In this document: piece by piece, positions 11,601 to 25,540 of the stretch | Numbering within the stretch: the stretch's first letter is position 1 | Layout of the letters: every line of letters starts with the position of its first letter | NCBI RefSeq assembly: GCF_963921235.1 | Contig: NC_086097.1 | Span: forward strand, 109,928,001-109,992,000 | Origin: Mobula hypostoma | Taxonomy: Eukaryota | DNA length: 64,000 bases | Direction of reading: 5' to 3' | The notes under the pieces: model-generated | Told to the model about the DNA's origin: nothing | Seen by the model: the letters and a program-made list of their open reading frames with translations, nothing else | Databases searched by the model: none | Program-made: the position numbers and the translations under genes

Positions 11601-12760
11601 TTCTCCTCTCTCTGTTTAAATCGCTGCCTATTGTGCATAACCAAGCTCCCCGAACTCTCACCGGGCTATACGCCCCTTGAATTTTGTTGTCCTTCTTAAA
11701 TTTACTTACTCTTTCTGCACATTTAACTCCATGCTCCATCAGACCATCCCTCTGCACATGTATCCTCCTTATCACTCGTTCTGCCTCACCCTTCTCTACT
11801 TCACACTTAATATTCCGGAACCGTGTAGTCCCCACCTGTCCTTTATACTTCATCTCGCTATCCTCTCTCACATTCTGGATCCCTGCCCCCTGCAAATTTA
11901 GTTTAAACCACGCCCCCCCCCCAAGCAGCACTAGCAAACTTTCCTGCAAGAATGTTAGTACCCCTCCAGTTCAGGTGTAAACAGTCCTGTCGGAACAGAT
12001 CCCACCTTCCCTGGAACAAAGCCCAGTTATCTAAAAACCTGAAGCCCTCCCTCCTGCACCATCCTCTCAGCCACATATTGATCTGTATAACCCTTCTGTT
12101 CCTCGCCTCACTCGCACGTGGCACAGGTAGCAATCCTGAGATTGTTACCCTGGAGGTCCTGCCCTTCAACTTCGCACCTAACTCCCTGAACTCTCTACAC
12201 AGGACCCCCTCACTCTTCCTACCCATGTCGTTGGTCCCTACATGGACCACAACATCTGGATTCTTGCCCTCCCTCTCTAGAATAACCTGCACCCGATCTG
12301 AGATGTTCCGGACCCCGGCACCAGGGAGGCAACATACCATCCGAGACTCCCGATCTCCCCCACAAAATCTCCTATCTGGCCCCCTGACTATAGAATCCCC
12401 TATCACTACCGCTGTCCTCTCTTCCCTCCTCCCCTTCTGAATAGAGGGTCCAACCTCAGCGCCAGAGACAGGACCACTGCAACTTGTTCCTGGTAGGTCA
12501 TCCCCACCAACAGTAGCCAAAACGGTATACTTATTGTTGATGGGAATGGCCACAGGGGTGCTCTGCTCTCTCTGTCTGCTCCCCCTCCATCTCCTGACAG
12601 TCACCCAGTTGCCTACCTCCGTCTTTTCGGTGTGACTACCTCCCGACAACTCTTATCTATCTCTGTCTCTGCCTCCCGAATGATCCGTAGTTCATCCAGC
12701 TCCAGCTCCAATTCCCTAACTCGCTCTGATAGGAGCTGCAGCTGGATGCACCTTCCAGTA
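8687..12760 (-). mobile_element. Near full-length CR1 with ORF1 (SGNH esterase) and disrupted ORF2 (APE endonuclease and RT)
   Basis: ORFs 11903-12649, 11527-11949 (ILYLNARS), 10729-11526 (ITETWL, GDFN, SDH), 10188-10598, 9567-10148 and 8784-9554; (ATTGTCT)n tail at about 8687-8712. Confidence 0.95.
11903..12649 (-). pseudogene. CR1 ORF1 SGNH/GDSL esterase domain
   Basis: VIGDSIVRG, CLPGA, HVGTND and D(C)LH blocks. Confidence 0.85.
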
Positions 12761-13305
12761 CCTTCTCTGCTGTAATGTGGACTAACCTCAAGATCTCCCC
12801 AATTCATTTTCCCAGTTCTAATGTCTTCATGTCTTTCTCCATAGTAAGAATATAACAGAAATATCCACTAAAGACCTCACCCCTCTCCTGTGGCTTCACA
12901 CAAAGGTCTTTCCTTTGGTCTTTGAGGGGCCCGATTCTCTCTGGTTACGATTTTTTCCTTAATATAGTTATAAAATATTTTTGATTGTACGTAGTCTTCT
13001 CTGCCAATTCCTTTTGATTTGCCCTTTTGATTTCCTTCTTGAGTAAACTCTCGCATCCCCTACACTCTTCCAGGGATTCTTCAGATCCTGGCTGTATCTA
13101 CCAGAACCATGCCTACTTTTCCTTGGCAAGGTCCTCAATATTCCCTTGTCATCCAGCGTTCCCTGCACGTTCTAGCCTTGCTCTTTTGTCGAACAGGAAT
13201 ACGCAGCCCTTGTGCTGTCATTATCTCAATTTAAGTAGCCTCTGCTTGCCTGTGGTCCCTTTGCCAGCAAACAGCCTTGTCCAAGCTTTGCTTGTGCCTG
13301 TCTTA

Positions 13306-16300
13306 CATAGAACATAGAATAGTACAGCACAGTACAGGCCCTTTAGCCCACAATGTTGTGCCGACCCTCAAACCCTGCCTCCCATATAAGCCCCCACATT
13401 AAATTCCTCCATATACCTGTCTAGTAGTCTCTTAAGCTTCACTAGTGTATCTGCCTCCACCACTGACTCAGGCAGTGCATTCCACGCACCAACTACTCTC
13501 TGAGTGAAAAACCTTCCTCTAATATCACCCTTGAACTTCCCACCCCTTACCTTAAAGCCATGTCCTCTTCTATTGAGCAGTGGTGCCCTGGAGAAGAGGC
13601 ACTGGCTATCCACTCTTACCTACTCCTTTTATTATCCTGTACACCTCCATCATGTCTCCTCTCATTCTCCTTCTCTCCAAAGAGTAAAGCCCTAGCTCCC
13701 TTAATCTCTGATCATAATGCATACTCTCTGAACAAGGCAGCATCCTGGTAAATCTCCTCTGTACCCTTTCCAATGCTTCCACATCTTTCCTATAGTGAGG
13801 CGACCAGAACTGGACACAGTACTCCAAATGTGGCCTAACCAGAGTTTTATAGAGCTGCATCATTACATCGCGACTCTTAAACTCTATCCCTCGACTTATG
13901 AAAGCTAACACACCATAAGCTTTCTTAACTACCCTATCCACCTGTGAGGCAACTTTCAGGGATCTGTGGACATGTACCCCCAGATCCCTCTGCTCCTCCA
14001 CACTACCAAGTATTCTGCCACGTACTTTGTACTCTGCCTTGGAGTTTGTCCTTCCAAAGTGTACCACCTCACACTTCTCCGGGTTGAACTCCATCTGCCT
14101 CTTCTCAGCCCACTTCTGCATCCTATCAATGTCTCTCTGCAATCTTTGACAATCCTCTACACTATCTACAACACCACCAACCTTTGTGTCATCTGCAAAC
14201 TTGCCAACCCAGCCTTCTACCCCTACATCCAGGTCGTTAATAAAAATCACGAAAAGTAGAGGTCCCAGAACAGATCCTTGTGGGACACCACTAGTCACAG
14301 CCCTCCAATCTGAATGTACTCCCCCACCACGACCCTCTGCCTTCTGCAGGCAAGCCAATTCTGAATCCACCTGGCCAAACTTCCCTGGATCCCATGCCTT
14401 CTGACTTTCTGAATAAGCTTACCATGTGGAATCTTGTCAAATGCCTTACTAGCTAAAATTTGCAAGGGTAAAAGGACCCTGATGGCGGTTAACAGCTGCA
14501 GGGATGTGGACTACAAATTACAACTGGAAATAGAAAAGGCTTGTCAGAAGGGCAGTGTTATGATAATTGTGGGGGATTTTAACATGCTAGTGGATTGGGA
14601 AAATCAGGTCGGCACTGGATCTCAAGAGAGAGAACTTGTAGAATGTCTGCGAGATGGCTTTTTAGAACAGCTGTTTGCTGAGCCCACTAGGGGATCGGCT
14701 GTACTGGATTGGGTATTGTGTAATGAACCGGAGGTGATTAGAGAGATTGAAGTGAAGGAACCCTTAGGAGGCAGTGATCATAACATGATTGAGTTCACTG
14801 TGACATTTGAAAAAGAGAAGCCGAAATCTGATGTGTCGGTATTTCAGTGGAGTAAAGGAAATTACAGTGGCATGAGAGAGGAACTGGCCAAAGTTGACTG
14901 GAAAGGGACACTGGCGGGAAAGACGGCAGAGCAGCAGTGGCTGGAGTTTATGTGAGAAGTGAGGAAGGTGCAAGACAGTTATATTCCAGAAAAGAAGAAA
15001 TTTTCGAATGGAAAAAGGATGCAACTGTGGTTGACAAGAGAAGTCAAAGCCAAAGTTAAAGCAAAGGAGAGGGCATACAAGGAAGCAAAAATTAGTGGGA
15101 AGACAGAGGATTGGGAAGTTTTTAAAACCTTACAAAAGGAAACTGAGATGTTCATTAAGAGGGAAAAGATTAACTATGAAAGGAAGCTGGCAAATAATAT
15201 CAAAGAGGATACTAAAAGCTTTTTCAAGTATATAAAGAGTAAGAGACAGGTGAGAGTAGATATAGGACCGATAGAAAATGATGCCGGAGAAATTGTAATG
15301 GGAGATAAGGAGATGGCAGAGGAACTGAACGAGTATTTTGCATCAGTCTTCACTGAGGAAGACATCAGCAATATACTGGACACTCAAGGATGGCAGGGAA
15401 GAGAAGTGTGCGCAGTCACAATTACAACACAGAAAGTACTCTGGAAGCTGAATAGTCTAAAGGTAGATAAATCACCAGGCCCAGGTGGAATGCACCCTCG
15501 TGTTCTGAAGGAAGTGGCTGTGGAGACTGCAGAGGCATTAGCGATGATCTTTCAAAAGTCGATAGATTCTGGCATGGTTCCGGAGGACTAGAAGACTGCA
15601 AATGTCACTCCGCTATTTAAGAGGGGGCAAGGAAGCAAAAAGGAAATTATAGACCTGTTAGCTTGACATCGGTGGTTGGGAGGTTGTTGGAGTCGATTGT
15701 CAAGGATGAGGTTACAGAGTACCTGGAGGCATATGACAAGATAGGCAGAACTCAGCATGGATTCCTTAAAGGAAAATCCTGCCTGACAAACCTATTACAA
15801 TTTTTTGAGGAAATTACCAGTAGGCTAGACAAGGGAGATGCAGTGGATGTTGTATATTTGGATTTTCAGAAGGCCTTTGACAAGGTGCCACACATGAGGC
15901 TACTTAACAAGATAAGGGCGCATGGAATTACAGGAAAGTTACATACGTGGATAAAGCGTTGGCTGATTGGCAGGAAACAGAAAGTGGGAATAAAGGGATC
16001 CTATTCTGGTTGGCTGCCGGTTACCAGTGGTGTTCCACAGGGATCAGTGTTGGGGCCGCTTCTTTTTACATTGTACGTCAATGATTTGGATTATGGAATA
16101 GATGGCTTTGTGGCTAAGTTTGCTGACAATACGAAGATAGGTGGAGGGGCTGGTAGTGCTGAGGAAACAGAGAGTCTGCAGAGAGACTTGGATAGATTGG
16201 AAGAATGGGCAAAGAAGTGACAAATGACGTACAATGTTGGAAAGTGTATGGTTCTGCACTTTGGCAGAAGAAATAAATGGGGCAGAGTATTATTTAAATG

Positions 16301-18125
16301 GGGAGAGAATTCAAAGTTCTGAGATGCAATGGGACTTGGGACTCCTTGTACAGGATACCCTTAAGGTTAACCTCTAGGTTGAGTCGGTAGTGAAGAAGGC
16401 AAATGCAATGTTGGCATTCATTTCTAGAGGAATAGACTATAGGAGCAGGGATGTGAGGCACTGGTGAGACCTCACTTGGAGTACTGTTAGCAGTTTTGGT
16501 CTCCTTATTTAAGAAAGGATGTGCTGACGTTGGAGAGGGTACAGAGAAGATTCACTAGAATGATTCCGGGAATGAGAGGGTTAACATATGAGGAATGTTT
16601 GTCCGCTCTTGGACTGTATTCCTTGGAATTTAGAAGAATAAGGGGAGACCTCATAGAAACATTTCGAATGTTGAAAGGCATGGACAGAGTGGATGTGGCA
16701 AAGTCGTTTCCCATGATGGGGGAGTCTAGTACGAGAGGGCATGACTTAAGGATTGAAGGGCGCCCATTCAGAACAGAAATGCGAAGAAATTTTTTTAGCC
16801 AGAGAGTGGTGAATCTATGGAATTTGTTGCCACAGGTGGCAGTGGAGGTCAAGTCATTGGGTGTATTTAAGGCAGAGATTGATAGGTATCTGAGTAGCCA
16901 GGGCATCAAAGGTTATGGTGAAAAGGCGGGGGAGTGGGACTAAATGGGAGAATGGATCAGCTCATGATAAAATGGTGGAGCAGACTCAATGGGCCGAATG
17001 GCGGACTCCTGCTCCTTTGTCTTATGGTCTTATGGTCTAAAATCCATATAGATCACATCCACTGCACTACCCTCATCTATATGCCTGGTCACCCCTTCAA
17101 AGAACTCTATCAGGCTTGTTAGACACGATCTGCCCTTCATAAAGCCATGCTGACTGTCCCTGATCAGACCATGATTCTCTAAATGCCCAGAGATCCTATC
17201 TCTAAGAATCTTTTCCAACAGCTTCCCCACCACAGACGTAAGGCTCACTGGTCTATAATTACCCGGACTATCCCTACCTCTTATGAACAAGGGGACAATA
17301 TTCGCCTCCCTCCAATCCTCCAGTACCATTCCTCGTGGACAACGAAGACATAAAGATCCTAGCCAGAGGCTCAGCAATCTCTTCCCTCGCCTTGTGGAGC
17401 ATCCTGGGGAATATTCCGTCAGGCCCCAGGGACTTATCCGTGCTAATGTATTTTAACAACTCCAACACCTCCTCTCCCTTAATATCAACATGCTCCAGAA
17501 CATCAACCTCACTCATATTGTCCTCACCATCATCAAGTTCCCTCTCATTGGTGAATACCGAAGAGAAGTATTCATTGAGGACCTCGCTCACTTCCACAGC
17601 CTCCATGTACATCTTCCCACTTTTATCTCTAATCGGTCCTACCTTCACTCCTGTCATCCTTTTTTTCTTCACATAATTGAAGAATGCCTTGGGGTTTTCC
17701 TTTACCCTACTCACCAAGGCCTTCTCATGCCCCCTTCTTGCTCTTCTCAGCCCCTTCTTTAGCTCCTTTCTTGCTTCCCCATATTCCTCAATAGACCCAT
17801 CTGATCCCTGCTTCCTAAACCTCATGTATGCTGCCTTCTTCCACCTGACTAGATTTTCCACGTCACTTGTCATTCATGATTCCTTCACCCTACCATTCTT
17901 TATCTTCCTCACTGGGACAAATTTATCCCTAACCTCCTACAAGAGATCTCTAAACATCTACCACATGTCCATAGTACATTTCCCTGCAAAAATATCATCC
18001 CAATTCACACCCGCAAGTTCTAGCCTTATAGCCTCATAATTTTCCCTTCCCGAATTAAAAATTTTCCTGTCCTCTCTGATTCTATCCTTTTCCATGATAA
18101 TGCTAAAGGCCAGGGAACAGTGGTC
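13306..18125 (-). mobile_element. CR1 (13306-14451 and 17040-18125) split by a plus-strand CR1
   Basis: ORFs 17274-17873, 17030-17377, 13606-14370 and 13368-13613 are colinear; host sequence AAATGCCTTACTA|AAATCCATATA rejoins across the insert; GTCTTA at both ends. Confidence 0.9.
14452..17039 (+). mobile_element. 5'-truncated CR1 (part of EN, RT, 3' end)
   Basis: ORFs 14434-14955, 14959-15591, 15663-16220 and 16521-16943; (CTTATGGT)n tail; same family as 47951-51529. Confidence 0.93.
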
Positions 18126-18430
18126 TTATACTGTAAACATTTGCCTTGCCCCGATTTAGAACTTGATCCAATTGTGCTCATTTCCATAGCAAGTCTAAAA
18201 ATATTAGAACAATGGTCATTGATTCCAAAGTCCCCAAAGTCCCCAAAGACCACAACCCTCTTATACCTGCTGGAAAACCACCTTGCTCTTTTCATACCTG
18301 CATTCAGATTTTAGTTCCACTTCCACCTCTCCACATACTGTCAAACCTTTTCACTATTTATTGGAAATATGAGCTAATAAATGACAAGGCAAGTCTGTAT
18401 GTGTATGCAAAGGTGGAGGATATACCATTA

Positions 18431-18627
18431 ACACACACAAAATGCTGGAGGAACTCAACAGTCCAGGCAGCATCTATGGAAAAGAGTACAGTTGACATTT
18501 TGGCCCAAAACGTCAACTGTACCCTTTTCTATATATGCTGCCTGGCCTGCTGAGTTCCTCCAACATTTTGCGTGTGTTGCTCTGATTCCCAGCATCTGCA
18601 GATTTTCTCTTGCTTGTGATTGAATGA
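18431..18627. repeat. Penelope-derived palindromic (hairpin) element
   Basis: Arms cacacaaaatgctggaggaactca.. / ..tgagttcctccaacattttgcgtgtg are inverted; 7-bp TSD ACCATTA at 18424-18430 and 18628-18634. Confidence 0.8.
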
Positions 18628-20871
18628 ACCATTAGTAGTTTTGAAAACACAGGTTTCCTGCAGCTCCCAGTCAGAGGAGATTACCACATATTGTTGCATT
18701 ACATTGTTACAAGGATCACCCCTTAGTAATAATGATCAGTTAGGCACAGTAGGATTATGAATTTACTGACTAACACTTTTATTGTCTCAACTGAAGAGCA
18801 TGTGAATTTAGACAACTGATAACCTGTGTGCAAACCGATGAAGTTTTCCTAACTCTCCATGAACAGTCAAAGAATAGAAAAGCTAACACCCGGTAAAGGA
18901 ATCTGCACCAGTTGGGTATTCTTTGTGGTCCCGATCTAATCTCCACATATCCTTGGGGTATTCCTTGCTTTTATATTTTTCCTTACCAGTTCAAGTGTCA
19001 CATTTCATTCTCATAGGCTGTGGGTCATCTGACTGATCTATATCACCTTCTTATTAGCTCTTGTCCAAGCCAGCATCCATGTATTGCCCTCTTCCACAAG
19101 TGATAACTGGTAATTTGTGGATTTTTGTTTTAACTCAGTTACCAAACCAATAACCAGCTCCAATCACTCAGGGTAAACACAGACCCTACCATTCACAAAC
19201 CTGCATGTTATATCTAACCAAAGAACACCTCACAAATTACTTCTTATTTGGAAATCATCTGTAGCCAAGCAGAACATTGTGTCTACATTAAAACACTGAT
19301 TCAGTTCAGCAAAACTAGTTTGCAAAATTGAGGATGCAGAGTGGCTTCACAAAACGGCAGCTTCCATTCATTTAACCTCATGGCAAGAACAAAGACAATC
19401 AGTTTGTCTACTTCCACTGTCCTTGATTCATTTGAATTTACTGATTTGTAGACTGTAGTTCTTTCTGGCCAATCTGAATACTCTTATCAGCCACACTATG
19501 CACCAAGTGATCCCACAGCAGTCAATCCAAAACATTTGGAAATTAGGCCTTTTCTAGTGTCTTCAGCCTGACCATCCTGTTAGTCCCTAAAGCAACAAAA
19601 TCTCATCATTAATTCAATCCCTGCTAATAAGAGGAGAGTTTTCAACAGAATATCCTATAGCAATTACAGCAAAGTCTCAACTAAACAGCTAGCGTTGTTA
19701 AAATAATACATTGTCCTAGTACCATGTGAACACTACACCATATTCATTTTCTTTCATGGGATTGTGTTCTATATCATTATCATATTGCTCTATTGCTGAG
19801 TTGATTAGCTTCCCCAGTTAAATAAAATTCTGCTTATTAAGATAACACAATTAAAAAAAAAATAAACTTTGTTTGAGAATAAGCCTTTTCTGCATATATA
19901 CAAGAGAAAACTTATGACTTCTTGAGTTTTGCTTTTCATATATACCCTGTACATTTAGAAATAAGAGCTCCATTAACTTCTTAGGTTAGTTTATGTCAGG
20001 AGAATAAGGAAATCATGGAACATAGAACAGTACAGCACGGGACCAGGCGGTGCTGAACTAATTAAAAGTCCCGCTTAACTAATCCCTTCTGCCTACACAG
20101 GCCATATTCTTCCATTTCTGCAACATTCATATGCCTATTGAAGAATCTTTTGAGTGTCCCTACTGTAAATGCAGCATACGCTAGATAACCCACACTGAGA
20201 AAACAAAACTTGCCTGGACATCTCCTTTGAAGTAATCTTATCTCACTTTAAACAAATGCCCTCTAGTATTAGACGTTTCAATCAAATGGGAAAAATAAAA
20301 GAGAAAAAGCAGGCCATTTACTCTATCTATGTCTCTCGGTCCTATAAACTTCCATTAGGTCTCTCAGTTTCCAGTACTCCAGACAAAATAACTTAATTTT
20401 GAGCAACAACTCCTTATAACACATGCCCTCTAATCCTGGGGAAAGCTGGTAAATATCTTTGGTAAAGCTTCACCATCTTCCATATAATGGAGCTATTGGA
20501 ACTGAATGCAATGTTCTAGATGTAGCCGAACAAAAGTTTTATAAACTTGGAATACAAGATCCTGACTCTTGAACTCAGTTCCTTAACTAATAAAGGCAAG
20601 CATGCCACATGCTTTCTTTACCACTCTGTCAACTGTGTAGCTGCTTTCAGGTAGCTATGAACTTGAACCCATGTCCCTCAGTTTATCAACATTAACAATG
20701 CGATTAGCAGTGTTCTGCCTCTTTACATTTAATTCTCCACCTGATATCTGGCTGAATTAAACACCATATTCCACTATTTTGCCCATATCTATAACTGATC
20801 TATATCTTGCAGTACTCTATGCCAATCTTCTACACTATCCATAACACCAGTCTTCATATTCTCTGCAAACA

Positions 20872-22982
20872 GTTGTCACCAACTTCATCAAGATCTATGT
20901 GGATGAGTATGTGCCTTCAAGAACATACTAGACATACCCAAATCAAAGGACACAGATGAACCAGGAGGTTTGTAGTCTGCTGAGGGTAGGTCTGTGGCAT
21001 TCAAGACCAGTGATCCAGAACTATACAAGAAGTCTCAGTATGATCTACAGAAGGCTACTTTAAGAGTGAGAAAAAAATTCCAAATGAGGCTAGAGATGGA
21101 ATCAAATGGCTGTCAACTCTAGCAGGGTTTGCAGGCCATTACTTCCAACAAAGTGAAACCAAACATCATGAATGGCAGAGATGTTTCACTCCCAGTTGAG
21201 TTCAATGCCTTTTATGCACACTTTGAAAGGGAGAATAAAACTACATAAATGCAAATTCCTGCAGCATCTGGCAACCCCGTGATCTCTATCTTGGAGGCTG
21301 ATGTCAGAACACCTTTCAAGAGAGCAAACCCTAACAAAGGAGTTAGTTCCTGACGGTCTACCTGGTAGGGGTCTGAAAACATGTGCCAAACCAACTGGCG
21401 GGAGTGTTCAAGGCCATTTTCAAACTCCCACTACTGCAGATCAGAGGTTCCCACCTTCTTCAAAAGTGCAGCAATCATACCAGTGCCCAAGAAGAGCAGG
21501 GTGAGCTGCCTCAATGACTATCGCCCAGTGGCACTCACATCTACTGTGATGAAGTGCTTTGAGAGGTTTGTCATGGCTAGAATCAACTCCTGGCTAAGCA
21601 ACGAGAATCAACCGGGCCTGCTGTAATGTGCCTAACACCACAATAGGTCTACAGTAGATGCAATCTCACTGGCTCTCCACTCGGCCCTGGATCACCTGGA
21701 CAATAGTACTGCTTACATCAAGCTGTTTTCTAGTGACAACAACTCAGCATTCAACACAATCAGAGCCTCAGTTCTAATCAAAAAGATCCAAAACTTGGGC
21801 CTTTGTACCTCCCTCTGCGATTGGATCCTTGACTTCCTCACTGGGAGAACACAGTCTGTACAGATTGAAAATAATAACTCCTCCCCTCTCACAATCCATA
21901 CTGGCAGACCCCAAGGATGCATTCTTAGCCCATCGCTCTACTTTCTCTATACCCACAATTGTGTGGTTAGGCACAACTCTAACACAATTTATAAATTTCC
22001 TGACAACACAACTATTGTTGGCAGAACAAAACATATAAAATGCTGGAGGAACTCAGGAGGCCAGGCAGCATCTATGGAAAAAAGTACAGTCAACGTTTCA
22101 GCCCAAAATATCGACTGTACTTTTTTCCATAGATGTTGCCTAGCCTGCTGAGTTCCTCCAGCATTTTGTGTGTGTTGGCAAAATTTCAGATGGTGATGAG
22201 GGTGTGTACAGGATCAGCTGGTTGAGTGGTGTCACAGCAACAGCCTTGCACTGAACATCAAAAAGACCAAGGAATTGACTGTGGACTTCAGGAAGGCTAA
22301 GTCAAGGGAACACACAGCAGTCCTCATAGAGGGATCAGAAATGAAAAGGATCAGCAGTTTCAAGTTTCTCAGTGTCAACATCTCAGAGGATCTTTCCTGG
22401 GTCGACCATATTGATGCAGCTACAAAGGCAGCACAATTGTAACTGCATTTCATTAAGAGTTTGAGGAGAATTGGTATGTCACCAAAGAGGCTCGCAAATT
22501 TCTACAGATGTACCATGGAGAGCATTCTAACTGGTTGCATAACTGTCTGGTATGAAAGAGCCACTGCACAGGATCAGAAAGTGCTGTAGAAAGTTGTAAA
22601 CTCAGCCTAGCACTGGCCTCCCCAGCATCCCAGGACACCTTCAAAAGGCGATGCCTCAAAGAGGCTCCATCCATATCAAGGACCTCCATTGCTCTTCTCA
22701 TTGCTATCATCAGGGATCAAGTACAGGAGCCTGAAGGCATGCTCAATGTTTTGAAACAGCTTCTTCCCCTCCACCTTCAGATTTCTGAATGGACAGTGAA
22801 CCCACGAATACTCGCTCAGTACTTTTCCTCTCATTTTGCACTACTTATTTAATTTATTTTTATATCTACTTTTCATTCTAATTTATGGTTTCTATTACTA
22901 TGTATTGCACCGTACTACTACCGCGGAACAACACATTTCACAATATATACCAGTGATATTGAACCTGATTCGGATTCTGAAC
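20872..22982 (+). mobile_element. Degenerate Rex1/Babar LINE
   Basis: [37 protein letters not shown] and KTKELTVDFRK; 3' tail ..aacctgattcggattctga. Confidence 0.85.
22027..22172. repeat. Penelope-derived hairpin element inside Rex1
   Basis: Inverted arms as at 18431; flanking direct repeat TGTTGGCA(G/A)AA. Confidence 0.8.
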
Positions 22983-23669
22983 TTACAAACTGACCGATCT
23001 AATTTTTCATCCTGGTCTTTATGTATCATGAACAATAGAGTTCTCAGCAGCGGATCCCTGTGGAACAGTACTAGTCACAGATCTCCAGATAAAAATAAGA
23101 CCCATCAACCAGTATTCTCTTTGTTTTATGGGCAAGCCAGTTTTGAACTGAAACAGCCAATTCACTATAAATCCCATACACTTTAATCTTCTGGATGAGT
23201 CTCCCACATAGGCAACTTCCACAGCACACCCTTCATTCACATTTCTCACCTCCTCAAAAAATTCTACTATGTTGTTAGGGCATGACTTGCCCCGTACGAA
23301 GCTATGCTCCCTAATAGGCCATGGTTTTCCAATTGCTCATAGGTACGATCCCTAAGAATCCTCTCTAGTAACTTCCCTACCAGTGATGTGAGTTTCTAGG
23401 ATTATTTGTTTCTGTTCTTGGCTAATTGAATAGCATTGACCACACCAGGACTTCAACTGTTGTTAGAGATGACACAAACATATTAGCAAAGGTTACAGCA
23501 ATTATATCTCTTTCCTCAATCAATACTGTGGGATAGACGCTATCAGGATTGGGGACTTACCCACCTTAATGTTTTTAGGAGAACCCACACTATCTCTTTT
23601 ATCTCAAAATTCTCTAGTGAATTAGCACATTCTACACTGATCTCTCTATCAACCACGTCCTTTTCCTTG

Positions 23670-25540
23670 AATCAGAATTAGGTTAATTATCGCTAACATA
23701 TTTGCATGTTATGAAAATTGCTGTTTGTGGCAGCAGTACAGTGCAATACAAAATCTGCTATAAATTACAAATAAGAAAGATTGTAATAAATTGTAACAAA
23801 TTTCTTAAAATGAGAACTATTGTAAGAAATTACAATAAATTACAATAAGAAATACGGAAGTATCAAATAAGTAGCATAAAGAGAGCAAAAATAGTGAGGT
23901 AGTGTTCATGGGTTCAATGTGCATTCAGAAACCTGATGGCAGAGGGGAAGAAGTCCTCGAATCGTTGAGTGTGTGCCTTCAGGCTCCTGTACCTCCTCCC
24001 TGCCGGTAACAATGAGATCAGAGCACCTCCTGTGTAGTCGGGGGTTTTAATCTTGGATACTGCCTTGTTGAGGCATTGCCTTTTGATGGTGTCCAGGATG
24101 CTGGGGAGGTTAGTGCTCACAACACGCTGCGTTTACAACTTTCTGCAGCTTTTCCCAATCTTTTGCATTGGCCCCTCCATACCTGATGGTGATGCAACCA
24201 GTTAGAATGCTCTCCACAGTAGAAATTTGTAAATCTTTGGTGACAGACCAAATCTCCTTAAGCTCCTAATTAAGTATAGGTGCAGGTGTGCATCCTTCAT
24301 AATTGTATCGATATATTGGGCCCAGAGAGGATAACATACAGGAACGTGAAACTGCTCATCTGTTCCACTGCTGACCATTCAAGGACGACTGGTGTCCAGT
24401 ATCTTCCCTCACCTTCCCCTTCCTGATGGAAGATTGATTTGTCTCACTGATGTTTAGTGCAAGGTTGTTGTTATGACACCACTCAGCTGCCGGTCTACCT
24501 CACTCCTGTAATCACCATCTGAGATTCTGCTGAAAACACTTGTGTCATTGGTGAATTTATAGATATAACTTTGCACTGTGCCTGGCCACAGTGCCCAGAG
24601 AGTTGAACAGCAGACCATGCACACATCCTTGAGGTCCATCTGTGTTGATTGTCAGTGAGAAGCAGGTGTTATTTCTGATCCACGCTGACTGCGGTCTCCC
24701 AATGAGGAAGTCAAGGATGCAGTTGCAAAGGGAGGTACGGAGCTTGTGAATTTGTACTGAGCAGATAATGATGTTGAACATTGTGTGCTAATCAATAAAC
24801 AGCAGCCTGACATTGGTATTGTTGATGTCCAGCCAGCTCAAGGCCAAGTGGAAACCTCGTGAGGTTGCATCTACTGTAGACCTATGCGGCAGTCGGCAAA
24901 TTCCAGCAGGTCCAAGTATTTGCTTAGGCAGAGTTAATTCTAGCCTTGATCAACCCCTTGAAGCACTTCATCACAGTAGATGTGAGTACAGCTGGACTAC
25001 AGTCGTTCAGCCAGCTCACACGGTTCCTCTTGGGCACCACCAGTATGATGGATGCCCTTTTGAAGCAAGTGGAAACCTCCAACAGCAGCGGTGAGAGATT
25101 GAAAATTTCCTCGAACATTCCAGCCAGTTGGCTTGCACAGGGTTTTTGTGCCCTACCAGGTATACCACTGGGGCCCGATGCTTTGTGAGGGCTCATCATC
25201 TTGAAAGATGTTCTGATGTTAGCCTCTGAGAGAGGTATCAGTTACCAAGTGCTGCAGAGATTCGCACAAGCATAGTTTTATTCTCCCTTTCAAAGCATTG
25301 ACTTCACCTGGGAGTGAGGCATCACAACCATTTGGAATGTTTGTTTTCCTCTTGTAGGAAGTAACGGCTTGCAAAGCCTGCCAGAGCTGACATGCATCCA
25401 ATTGAAATTCTAACTTCTCTCAGAATTGTTTTGTTTTTGGCTCTTAAATTAGCCTTTTGCAGGTTGTACCTGGACTTCTTGTAGAGTTCTGGATCACCGG
25501 TCCTGAACTCTACAGATCTAGGTTTCAGCAGACTTGAATG
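23670..25540 (-). mobile_element. Degenerate Rex1/Babar LINE
   Basis: ORFs 24924-25199, 24557-24781 and 23914-24120 (LLPAGRRYRS..FFPSAIRFLN); tail complement aatcagaatt at about 23670. Confidence 0.85.

Larger units (their letters stand above)
6655..18165 (-). mobile_element. Old CR1 split into pieces (about 6655-7085, 8580-8686, 12765-13305, 18126-18165) by younger CR1s
   Basis: Degenerate CR1 ORF2 segments run colinearly across the younger insertions. Confidence 0.55.

Noticed and set aside
18212..18553. Plus-strand 113-aa ORF as a host exon
   Set aside because: Its C-terminal third comes from the Penelope hairpin; no recognisable domain or convincing splice context.
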